A stretch of DNA of 39,780 nt from IMG/VR virus record IMGVR_UViG_3300032239_000271, positions 1 through 39,780 of that record; one strand, given 5' to 3'. This DNA comes from a virus (Duplodnaviria > Caudoviricetes). The notes under the pieces are model-generated. The model made no database searches, was not told the origin of the DNA, and saw only the letters and a list, made by a program, of their open reading frames with translations. Positions within the stretch are counted from its first letter, which is position 1. Each line of letters begins with the position of its first letter. A program made the position numbers and the translations under genes. Positions 16,140 to 24,922 of this stretch are shown in pieces.

Positions 16140-16453
16140 CAACTACCCAAGCCAATGCAGAATCTAATGCGGCTAAGAATGGTGATGCTATTCCCATGAT
16201 GGAAAAGGCGGCTTTGGTTGCCTCCGCCATGCTTGAAAAGAACATCACAAGTCACGACATTTCAATGATTGCACTGGCTATGTCAGTAGCCAAGGTCAGT
16301 GAAGATCGTAACAACCTGAATAACTACCGTGAGATGATTACCAGTGCAGCCTATGCTGGTTCTTTGGTTACTCCGCCACCGGGAGGATTTAGTGAGGTCC
16401 GCGTCATGGCAGACCTTGCTAACCAGATAGCGAGCGTTGCTTCGGCAACCTAA
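16082..16453 (+). CDS. Degenerate DUF6378-like protein
   Basis: IT.HDI.MI......K......NY.....AAY pattern; start uncertain. Confidence 0.5.
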   Translation: METKNGRNNSASQDWRQFITTTQANAESNAAKNGDAIPMMEKAALVASAMLEKNITSHDISMIALAMSVAKVSEDRNNLNNYREMITSAAYAGSLVTPPPGGFSEVRVMADLANQIASVASAT

Positions 16454-16460
16454 GTGAGAT

Positions 16461-16503
16461 GGCTGGAGTGGGGAGGGAGTTTAAAGCGCAGCCCTCTCCA
16501 GCC
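16461..16503. terminator. Hairpin between convergent operons
   Basis: GGCTGGAG.GGG / CCC.CTCCAGCC inverted repeat. Confidence 0.5.
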
Positions 16504-16522
16504 TTTCCACTGCGCCAGAAAC

Positions 16523-18769
16523 CTATCTCTTGGCGGCATCCAATGCCTGAACGACAGCGTCATCCGGCAAAGACAACATCTGCTCAGTCTTATTGGCAAG
16601 CATAACCTTACGCCGTTTTAGATCAGCCAACAGTGACGCGGCTGATAATACACCAGCACGACCACCTGATTTATGCCCAATACGACCGCCCGAAGCGTGC
16701 GATGGGTAACCACTTGGCGATTCACGTTCGCCCTCTTGGGATTGGCCAGTAATTGCATTGTGAAGATAATTAGCGGCCTTCACTGTTTCACTACCTGCAA
16801 CAATCGCATTTATAAGTTGCCCAGAGTCTGGCAATCCATAACGCCCACCAATTTGACGAGACAGTGCGCGAGAATAATTTACAAACGTATCAGCCGCAGC
16901 CTGAGAAGGTTTAGATGCAAGCAACTCATAAGCCTTAGCCCAATTTGAAATAGATTGAGCGGAAGCAGGTTCAGCCATAATATTTGAAAAAATGCGGCCC
17001 GCTCCAAGAGTTGCACCAGTTTTTACTGGATGCAGAAATCCAGCAACAATCTCGCCAAGAGTTGCAATTTTGCTTTCAGCGCCGCCTTCTTTTGGCGTTA
17101 AAGCATTTAACCGATTAATTCTTGACCCAACAACGGAAAGATCATCCATCGCTTGGCGCATAGGTTCGCCCGTTAAACCAAACAAAATGTCCTTACCCTG
17201 ATCGGATAACTGGCCATAATTAGAAAATAAAGCATTTGCATCAAATACATTATTTTTCTTGCCTAACTGATCAATTGAGCCACGGGAAACTGTCTCCCAA
17301 ACATCAGGGGGCAAAATACGTTTGGCTAAGGCTAATTTAGGAATATCAGACCCCGCTTTGCTTCCAGCCATTTTTAAAAGATTATCAAAAACCGCATCAC
17401 CAGATTTTGTTGCAGTTGTTAATCCAACAACTTTAAGCAGGGCTTGACGATCAGCCTCAGTTGCTGTGTTCAAACGATTGGCTTCATTAAATGCTTTTAA
17501 TGCATCATCGCCACCGTTTAATTTCACAACATTTTTAAGATCGTCGCTTAATGCACCATATAATCTACGTAATTCAGGCTCTGCGCCCTGCAAATTTACC
17601 GTAGGATTTTGCAACTCTTCACCTAATTTAGTGCGAAGAATTTTCATACCTTGATACGTTAACCCATTGGGATCGGTTGCTGCATCTTGAATCATTTTAA
17701 TTGCAGGAGTGTCAACGGGAAGTCTTGCTGAACGTAATTCAGCCTGAATTGTATCCATCATCTTCCGTGTTGATGACATCGTTTGGGGTATATCTGACGT
17801 TAAATGCTGATCAACTGCATCATATGCAGCCTCTACATCTTTCTTATAACCCTTTGAAAGCCATTGTTCTAAACCTTGTTTGGCCTCAATGCCAGCAGAG
17901 CCTCTTGTTTCGCCAGCAGCCAATTCCCCCGCTTTAGTTTCAATCTGGCCAAGCGTTCCTTCGGCGGCTTCCTTCAATGGCTTGCCAGCAAATGGAATTG
18001 ACCGAACCAAACTGGACATGGCCAACAGTGGCTCACTTTCGGATGCAACAACACGAGGAACTTCAATGCCTTGTCGCGCCGCCGCATTTGCCACATCAAT
18101 GGCAGATGGAACGGCAGATGTTGCTGTTGCCGGAGGCTTCATAAATTTGCCACCAACACCAGAAAATAAACCACCAAAAGTAGAACCACCTAAAACTCCA
18201 AGGGCAGCATTATAGGCTTTATCGCTCCACGTATCACCTTCACTGGAACCATAAATACCGCCAATAACGCCACCGGGAACTGCGCCACGAACCACATTGC
18301 TAGTAAATGTTTCACCTGCCTTTGGGCCACCAACACGGCCAACAGGATTAATGACCGATCCAGTCAATTCTCCAGCCATGCTTAAATTAGGGTGTTGTTG
18401 GCGAGCCGCTTCACGCGCAGCCTTTTCCTGCTCTAAAACTTGGTTGTATCGTTCAGTGGCAGACGTACCAAACACACTTGGAGACAATGCCTCCAAACCA
18501 AGACGACCAGCGCCAACCATTGTTTCAACTGGACCTGCCATTTCATATGCTGGAGGAACTTTATCTCCAGTAGGCAACATACCGGATGCACTGGCAGCAG
18601 CAGTTACCTGAGGCCCGTAACCAAACATATATCCGCTTTGAACACCACGAAGAGCCGCTTCTGTGCCGCCAATGGGTTCCTTAAAGGACAATTCTTCGGC
18701 AGATTTTTGGCTTGCTTTTGAACCCGCCTTCAACTGTGAAGGGTTAAAAGAAAGTTCTTCTTCAGCCAT
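16523..18769 (-). CDS. Putative internal virion / DNA ejection protein
   Basis: 748 aa, Ala/Gly-rich helical; last gene of the structural operon. Confidence 0.7.
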   Translation of the reverse strand: MAEEELSFNPSQLKAGSKASQKSAEELSFKEPIGGTEAALRGVQSGYMFGYGPQVTAAASASGMLPTGDKVPPAYEMAGPVETMVGAGRLGLEALSPSVFGTSATERYNQVLEQEKAAREAARQQHPNLSMAGELTGSVINPVGRVGGPKAGETFTSNVVRGAVPGGVIGGIYGSSEGDTWSDKAYNAALGVLGGSTFGGLFSGVGGKFMKPPATATSAVPSAIDVANAAARQGIEVPRVVASESEPLLAMSSLVRSIPFAGKPLKEAAEGTLGQIETKAGELAAGETRGSAGIEAKQGLEQWLSKGYKKDVEAAYDAVDQHLTSDIPQTMSSTRKMMDTIQAELRSARLPVDTPAIKMIQDAATDPNGLTYQGMKILRTKLGEELQNPTVNLQGAEPELRRLYGALSDDLKNVVKLNGGDDALKAFNEANRLNTATEADRQALLKVVGLTTATKSGDAVFDNLLKMAGSKAGSDIPKLALAKRILPPDVWETVSRGSIDQLGKKNNVFDANALFSNYGQLSDQGKDILFGLTGEPMRQAMDDLSVVGSRINRLNALTPKEGGAESKIATLGEIVAGFLHPVKTGATLGAGRIFSNIMAEPASAQSISNWAKAYELLASKPSQAAADTFVNYSRALSRQIGGRYGLPDSGQLINAIVAGSETVKAANYLHNAITGQSQEGERESPSGYPSHASGGRIGHKSGGRAGVLSAASLLADLKRRKVMLANKTEQMLSLPDDAVVQALDAAKR

Positions 18770-18770
18770 A

Positions 18771-21700
18771 TTAACCTCCCGCCAATGGATCAGTCTTAGA
18801 CCATTTTCCTAAAATTTTACCTGACGGGTCTTTGGTCAAATCAGGCTTCTTTGCATCCCAGAAATATACACCCGGAGATTTATCATCTGGAACATAATAT
18901 GCTTGACCATTTTGTAAATCTTCTTGCTTGTTTGGCAACTGTTGACCCTTATAACCAATTTTTCTCGTTTCTTCTGCCTTAAATCGGTTAAGATTATTCT
19001 CTGGTTTTTCAGCCCAACTGATAGCAAATTTATTGACTTGATTGGGATCATAGGCATTTGGATTAGCCTCACGCCAAGCCATATAGTCCTTAGCGTATTT
19101 ATTTTCCCAATTAATCAAAGCACGGGCATCGCCAAGAATTTTAGCGTTAGATGCTGGCAACATACCCGGATTAGCATTAGCCTTAGACAAACCTTGAATT
19201 TCCGAAAGCAAAATTTTTCCGCCCGGAAGGCTATCAAACACTTGCTGAATTGCGCCTTTGGTAAATTGCTCAAAACTTGTAGCATTTCTCATGTTTTCAG
19301 CAGGTACACTAATTCCCAAAGCATAAAAATCTTTGGCCAATTGAGTTTTTTGATCCTCAAACGAGCCAGTTTCATACTTTGTAAGAATATTTAGCAACCC
19401 ATCAATGCGTGACGTTGCGATCTGACGCTTCATAAAGTCATCACGCATTTTATTTTCGTCGGTCATAATGGCTTCACGTTGCTTCAGAACATACTCTGGC
19501 AACTTTTTGACCACATCAGGCGTTGCAACCGCATCTGCCTGACCCGGAGGGGAACCAGCGCCGGGGCTAACTTCTTTTTCCTGAGGCAAAAGATCAGATT
19601 TGCGCTTCAGAACAGTCGTTCCATCAGGTTTCTGAACTTCAACCATTTCATATTTAGAAGCAATTTTTTGCTCTGCTTCTTTCTTCATGGCTTCTCTTTG
19701 AGCCATTGTTTCAGCATAATTAGGAAGCGGAACAAATTGCCCATGCACCATCAAACCACCACTATGGGTGATCTCATTGGTAATTTCTTTAGCACGATTT
19801 TGTTTTTCTAAAGCAACATCACCATAGCCAGATTTTGCTGCTTCTTCAGCATCACGTAATAAAATATCTGGGTCTAATGCTTCAGGTAACTCAAAACCAT
19901 TTTGGGCTGCTTCTACTTTAGCGGCAGCATTAGCGCCACCTTTGGCAGGAACATCTGCTGAAGAAACGTCTTGTTGACCGGGAACTTTAACACCTTTTGG
20001 AACAGCAGGAGAACCTGTTGGTGGAACCAAAGTAGTCCCGTCACCTTCCAAAGAAGATTGCTGGCCAACAGTAGGCTTTGCTGTTGGCAAAGAAGGCATT
20101 TTGACGCCGGGAATAATTGGAGGACCAGCCTGTAAATCACGAAGAAGACCATCAATTGATTGTTGAATATTTTCTGGTACACGGCCACCGGGGGTAGCCA
20201 AATATCCTTTGGCGCGTTGTTGTAAGGCAGCCAAAGCAGCCATTTTCTGAGTATAAGCATCCATACCAAGTTGGGCAGACCGGAGGGGCAATCCAGCCTC
20301 TGAAACTGCAATTTCACGGCCACGCAATGCCTGTTCAGCAAGAGCCTTTTGAGTTTCATAGTTAATTTGTTTTTGTTTGGCATAGGTATTCATGCCAGTA
20401 AGGCCACCTTGACCAATTGCTTGAGCGAGAAATGGTGATGGGCTTGCCATAATACCAAGTCCAGCGGCCATAATAGCCTGACGAGCATCATCTGAAAGCG
20501 GTTCGCCTTTATTAAATAAATTTCCAATCAATCCGGGCTGATCTTTAGAACTAACTAATCCACTAATACCCTTAGAGATAGATGAACCTAAATTACCCAA
20601 AAAACCTTGATCTGATGGAACTTCATTTTCTTTAGGAGGCGTATCGCCACTCGCATGATGACTGCGGGAGACAAGTCCACCTTGAGCATATTCTGGCATA
20701 GGACCAATAGGTGAAGAATAAAGATTTGCAACATCACCTACTTTTATACCACGGTCAGGAATAGATGCTGGTCCATATTTACCATATAAAGCCTTTCCAA
20801 AACCTTCTATGCCAGACGTATCATATGGCTTATCTTCATATGGCTTAGGAGCGTCAGGAATGCCTACGCCACCACCCTTGATGTTAATTTCTGGAATATA
20901 GGCAATCATTGGAATGCTAGAACGCTCTTCCATAAAAGCCAAAAGTGGATCATCGGCATACGGAACTAAACCATAACCACCTTTTGCAAATGGTTGGCGG
21001 TCCATTCCGGCTGATACTAAACCGCCCATAGAACTGCCGCCCATAGCAAAATGGCCGCGTTCAGCAGCATTTTCAGTGGCAGCATCATAGTCAACCATCC
21101 GCAATCCACCTTCCGTCTTGTGAACGGCTGAAGGATTATGTTTCTCAACTTCCTGAGCAATCAAACCAATATTGGTTTTAGGATCACCTTTATAATTGAA
21201 CTTATAGATGTTTTGACCATCGTAAGTTTTACCGACAGGTTCAATATTTTCTTTGGTACGCTCATCAGACATACCCAAAAGAGCCGTGCCAAGGCCTAAC
21301 CATGAATTCATGGAATTTGGACCCGGAGATGTAGTTGAACTCATGCCGCCTTGGCCAGCACCTAAACCAGATGCCATGTTGGCGAGACTTCCCAATGTCT
21401 GCCAAGGATATGCTTGACCCTGCGCCCATTGTTGATATTGAGCAGCATCTTTAGCCTGTTGTACAGCATATGGGACAGCACCAGCAGTCATCAGACCTTG
21501 CGCTCCTGCCATGCCTTGCTGTTGAACAGAAGTGCCTAAATTGCCATATTGATTGGCCATATTACCTTGCTGTTGCAAGCCAGATAGGTAATTGGTTGCG
21601 GCAGCATTGTAGCCAGTATTGGCCATATTGGACATAACATTGCCCAAAGATAAATTTTGCTGGCCCATAAGAGCAGCCTGAGCAATCTTCCCACGGTCAC

Positions 21701-22106
21701 CGCCAAAAGCGCCCTGTTGAACAGTGTTACCTAGCAATTGATTTTGTTGCTGTTGATTAACATTGTTCAATTGTGCGGCAGTAGCCCCCATCGCTTGCTG
21801 CATATAAGGGGACATATAACTGGAAACACCTGCCGCATAATTTTGCGGATTATACCCGCTATATACGTCTTGGGTCATTTGACCCGCTTTTTGATAATAT
21901 GGCTGTGCAGCCTCAGAATACTTTTGCGCCTGATCAACCCCAGCCTGTTGGGTAGCGTTCATTCCGGGAACAAGTTCACCAGAATAGGATTCATAAGGCT
22001 TCTGCTGGAGCGACTTTCCCGCGTCCATTATGTACTTGTACATATCTTGGACCATTTGCGGTGGTGCGCTGCTGCTCGTCGTCGTTGCCCCGCCTTTTGA
22101 ACCCAT
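18771..22106 (-). CDS. Putative DNA ejection (pilot) protein with an internal peptidase S74 domain
   Basis: GSKGG..TT N-terminus, Q/N/G-rich GAFGG.R region, SDERTKENI...Y.FNY...GLIAQEVE...VDY at aa ~280-340. Confidence 0.75.
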   Translation of the reverse strand: MGSKGGATTTSSSAPPQMVQDMYKYIMDAGKSLQQKPYESYSGELVPGMNATQQAGVDQAQKYSEAAQPYYQKAGQMTQDVYSGYNPQNYAAGVSSYMSPYMQQAMGATAAQLNNVNQQQQNQLLGNTVQQGAFGGDRGKIAQAALMGQQNLSLGNVMSNMANTGYNAAATNYLSGLQQQGNMANQYGNLGTSVQQQGMAGAQGLMTAGAVPYAVQQAKDAAQYQQWAQGQAYPWQTLGSLANMASGLGAGQGGMSSTTSPGPNSMNSWLGLGTALLGMSDERTKENIEPVGKTYDGQNIYKFNYKGDPKTNIGLIAQEVEKHNPSAVHKTEGGLRMVDYDAATENAAERGHFAMGGSSMGGLVSAGMDRQPFAKGGYGLVPYADDPLLAFMEERSSIPMIAYIPEINIKGGGVGIPDAPKPYEDKPYDTSGIEGFGKALYGKYGPASIPDRGIKVGDVANLYSSPIGPMPEYAQGGLVSRSHHASGDTPPKENEVPSDQGFLGNLGSSISKGISGLVSSKDQPGLIGNLFNKGEPLSDDARQAIMAAGLGIMASPSPFLAQAIGQGGLTGMNTYAKQKQINYETQKALAEQALRGREIAVSEAGLPLRSAQLGMDAYTQKMAALAALQQRAKGYLATPGGRVPENIQQSIDGLLRDLQAGPPIIPGVKMPSLPTAKPTVGQQSSLEGDGTTLVPPTGSPAVPKGVKVPGQQDVSSADVPAKGGANAAAKVEAAQNGFELPEALDPDILLRDAEEAAKSGYGDVALEKQNRAKEITNEITHSGGLMVHGQFVPLPNYAETMAQREAMKKEAEQKIASKYEMVEVQKPDGTTVLKRKSDLLPQEKEVSPGAGSPPGQADAVATPDVVKKLPEYVLKQREAIMTDENKMRDDFMKRQIATSRIDGLLNILTKYETGSFEDQKTQLAKDFYALGISVPAENMRNATSFEQFTKGAIQQVFDSLPGGKILLSEIQGLSKANANPGMLPASNAKILGDARALINWENKYAKDYMAWREANPNAYDPNQVNKFAISWAEKPENNLNRFKAEETRKIGYKGQQLPNKQEDLQNGQAYYVPDDKSPGVYFWDAKKPDLTKDPSGKILGKWSKTDPLAGG

Positions 22107-22116
22107 CGCAAGCCTC

Positions 22117-22686
22117 TCAGTCTATCTGTTCAGAGTTGGAACCTGTTTTCGCGCCCCATAGGAAAAAAGCACCAGCAGGTTCACCAAAATTCCGTTCATA
22201 TAATGCTATCTTAGCACTTGTTCGCGTATTTGACAAAATACCAATCATAAGCGGCATTTCCATTGAAGTGGACACCTGTTTGGCAAATTCTATCAGTTTT
22301 TGAACCCGTGAATCCTTGGCATGCCGATAGTCAGGATGCACAAAAACACACTTTTCTTCCAAAAATTGCTTGTCCGAATACCAATAACTGGCAACTGTCA
22401 GAACAACCAATCCTTCCAATTTGTCTCTCTCGCCAATGACTCCAATGATGCCATTGTGTTGCATCAATTGAGGCCATATAGCCTCTGCAACCTTTGCATC
22501 ATTAAAATCAAATAACCCATTCTCATTATGAACAATTCTTGCCAAATCCATAATGCCAAAAAGGTCTTCTTTTGTGGCTACACGGACATGACATGGCGTT
22601 TCAACGATCTTAATAGGACCACGCGCTTTGCGTTGACCCTTAGAAAGACGAACGCGCTTCTTGACTCCCATCTGAAGCATTTTCAA
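22117..22686 (-). CDS. GNAT-fold acetyltransferase-like protein
   Basis: VRVAT.ED, FVHPDYR, LIEFAK; position typical of podovirus tail/ejection junctions. Confidence 0.7.
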   Translation of the reverse strand: MKMLQMGVKKRVRLSKGQRKARGPIKIVETPCHVRVATKEDLFGIMDLARIVHNENGLFDFNDAKVAEAIWPQLMQHNGIIGVIGERDKLEGLVVLTVASYWYSDKQFLEEKCVFVHPDYRHAKDSRVQKLIEFAKQVSTSMEMPLMIGILSNTRTSAKIALYERNFGEPAGAFFLWGAKTGSNSEQID

Positions 22687-22689
22687 TCC

Positions 22690-23262
22690 TTAGTCTTTAC
22701 GGGGTGGAGGTAATTTCTTTAACGTATTAATAAGTTCCTTACGAGCCAGAACCACAAAATCATCAAGGAGGCTATGCCCCCTATCAATGTCACCACCACC
22801 CAAAGACCGAACAACGCTGGGAGGAATGACATACTCACCGCCAGCAGCGACGATAGGTGCAAGACTATCTCCATCTGACTGTCCTTTGGCTTCTGGTGTA
22901 TTAGAATGCTCATGGCATAGGCTATCCCAGACATCAAATCCTGCGTCTGTATTTCCCTCACCAAACATAGACACAATGTCTGCGGGAATGACATAACTAC
23001 CCGCAGGAACATGCATATTTAAATGGTCTGTACGACCAGCCACTGGGGCATGGATAGGGCCAATATGCGCCCGTGCATCCTGAGCAGATTTATCGGAGAC
23101 ATCATCACTGCGAAGAGGCTTAGGAATGCCGCCAAAAGCATGCTTGGACCGTGCTTGATTGAGCGCAGCCGCTATAGCCTGATCCTGCGGGTGACCTGCG
23201 TGGATCATTTCGCTTATATTATGACTGATCGTCTTTTGGGATGTACCGGAAGACAATGGCAT
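22690..23262 (-). CDS. Virion-associated protein with a duplicated G[SE]YVIP domain
   Basis: MPL..G.S..TIS.NI.E N-terminus; HAFGG; GSYVIPADIV and GEYVIPPSVV. Confidence 0.75.
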   Translation of the reverse strand: MPLSSGTSQKTISHNISEMIHAGHPQDQAIAAALNQARSKHAFGGIPKPLRSDDVSDKSAQDARAHIGPIHAPVAGRTDHLNMHVPAGSYVIPADIVSMFGEGNTDAGFDVWDSLCHEHSNTPEAKGQSDGDSLAPIVAAGGEYVIPPSVVRSLGGGDIDRGHSLLDDFVVLARKELINTLKKLPPPRKD

Positions 23263-23263
23263 A

Positions 23264-24922
23264 TTATAACCCTTGTAATTTGGCTTCAGCAGCCTCAAGA
23301 CGAACCGTAAGTTCTTGAATTGCCTTAATTAAAGGCGCGATAAATTCATCATAACGCAAACCCTGCTCACTGTCAGGATCATTTTTGTCCGTCAAAACCC
23401 ACCCTGCAAATTTATCAGGATCAATTAATTCCCGTACTTCTTGCGCTATTAGGCCGTGATGTCGGCGGGTAAATTGAACTCTTGTCTTTGTTTCGCCAGT
23501 CTTTTTATCGCCCGTTATGCGATATTCTTCTTTGTTGTAAATGTAAGAAACTGGACGAAGGCTATTTACAAAATTTAATCCAAGATCAGTATTTTGGATA
23601 TCAGTTTTAGCCCTTGCATCGGAAGTTCCAATAATAGAACCACCTGTTCCTTTTATGGTATTGCTGCCCACATCAATAGCCGCATAGGAATATGTTCCAT
23701 TTGCCAAACTGATGCCTGTGGTGTGACTTCCCGATTGGTAAAAACCCGTAGTCGTATTGGTTTGATCCAAAATACTATAAGTTTTTGCGCTTAATTGGGT
23801 GAACCAAATTCCAACATCCCATCTAGGAAGATTATAATAAGGTGCAGATACTGAGGCGGCAGAGTTGGCCCCATCTATAAAGAAAGCAGATGTCCCTAAA
23901 TAACCAAGACCTGTGATGGCAATGCCAAAATTGGTAGTTGTTGCAATATTGCTTAATGTTTTATTGCCAGCATAATTGTTTAAGTCACATTCGTATCCAT
24001 AGGAAAGAATGGTTGATGGAGCGGTAGATTCTAATGTTGTAACTGTATTAAATGCCCACGCATTTCCAGAATTGGAAACAGCATCAATAGCAGCATATAA
24101 CGCTACTTTATCACCATTATTGTTGGCGACACCGCTTCCGTTATTGCTCGTTAAACCAAAAATTCCTAAAAATTCTCTGTTACTTGAATTTGCCGTTGTT
24201 CCTTGGACAACTAAACTTCCATATGTCGCTAAAAGTGAACCAGTAGTTGGGTTCGCTATGGGCGATGTAGAAATGTTTTGAGCAGAAATCCCATCAAGAT
24301 TTAAACTTGTAAACCGACCAGTTGATGCCGTTGAAGCACCAATTGTCGCATTATTTATAGTTCCACCTGATATAGTTGGTGAAGTTAATGATGCTGACGT
24401 TGTTCCGACTAATGCACCAGAACCACTTAAATTTGATGATATAGCAGTTAAAACGCCCGTTCCGGTTGTTGCCCCAGAAACTGTTGATCCCGTTGATGCG
24501 TAATATGCTAATTGGCCAGCAGTACCCGAACTTACAGTGCCGCCGCCAGATGTATTAGGGGTCCAAGAAGTGACGCCCGATCCATTTGTTTGAAGAACAT
24601 AACCATTTGTACCAGCAGTTGTTGGCAGAGTTAATATCCAAGAACCCGCAGCAGCCGCAGTTTTAAGCGTCACAAGACCTGAGGTAGAGCCAGAAAGTAA
24701 TAAACTTCCCCCTGCTGTTCCAGAAACACCAAGAGTTAACGCGCCAGCCGAAATAGTAGCATTGGCATTTCCTGAAACAGTTGTTCCAGTGGCCGAATAA
24801 TAAGTTAACTGACCCGCAGTACCGGAGTTAACTACCCCTGCACCACCTAATTTTTGAGCAATGCTATTTAATGCAACGACAGCATTTTTTTGCGTAGTAA
24901 GAATATCGTCCAAACTAGCCAT
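23264..24922 (-). CDS. Tail fibre/spike with C-terminal S74 intramolecular chaperone
   Basis: G/S/T-rich; TSDARAK...LRPVSY...GLIAQEV...LRYDEFIAPLIKAIQEL; TAATG coupling. Confidence 0.85.
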   Translation of the reverse strand: MASLDDILTTQKNAVVALNSIAQKLGGAGVVNSGTAGQLTYYSATGTTVSGNANATISAGALTLGVSGTAGGSLLLSGSTSGLVTLKTAAAAGSWILTLPTTAGTNGYVLQTNGSGVTSWTPNTSGGGTVSSGTAGQLAYYASTGSTVSGATTGTGVLTAISSNLSGSGALVGTTSASLTSPTISGGTINNATIGASTASTGRFTSLNLDGISAQNISTSPIANPTTGSLLATYGSLVVQGTTANSSNREFLGIFGLTSNNGSGVANNNGDKVALYAAIDAVSNSGNAWAFNTVTTLESTAPSTILSYGYECDLNNYAGNKTLSNIATTTNFGIAITGLGYLGTSAFFIDGANSAASVSAPYYNLPRWDVGIWFTQLSAKTYSILDQTNTTTGFYQSGSHTTGISLANGTYSYAAIDVGSNTIKGTGGSIIGTSDARAKTDIQNTDLGLNFVNSLRPVSYIYNKEEYRITGDKKTGETKTRVQFTRRHHGLIAQEVRELIDPDKFAGWVLTDKNDPDSEQGLRYDEFIAPLIKAIQELTVRLEAAEAKLQGL

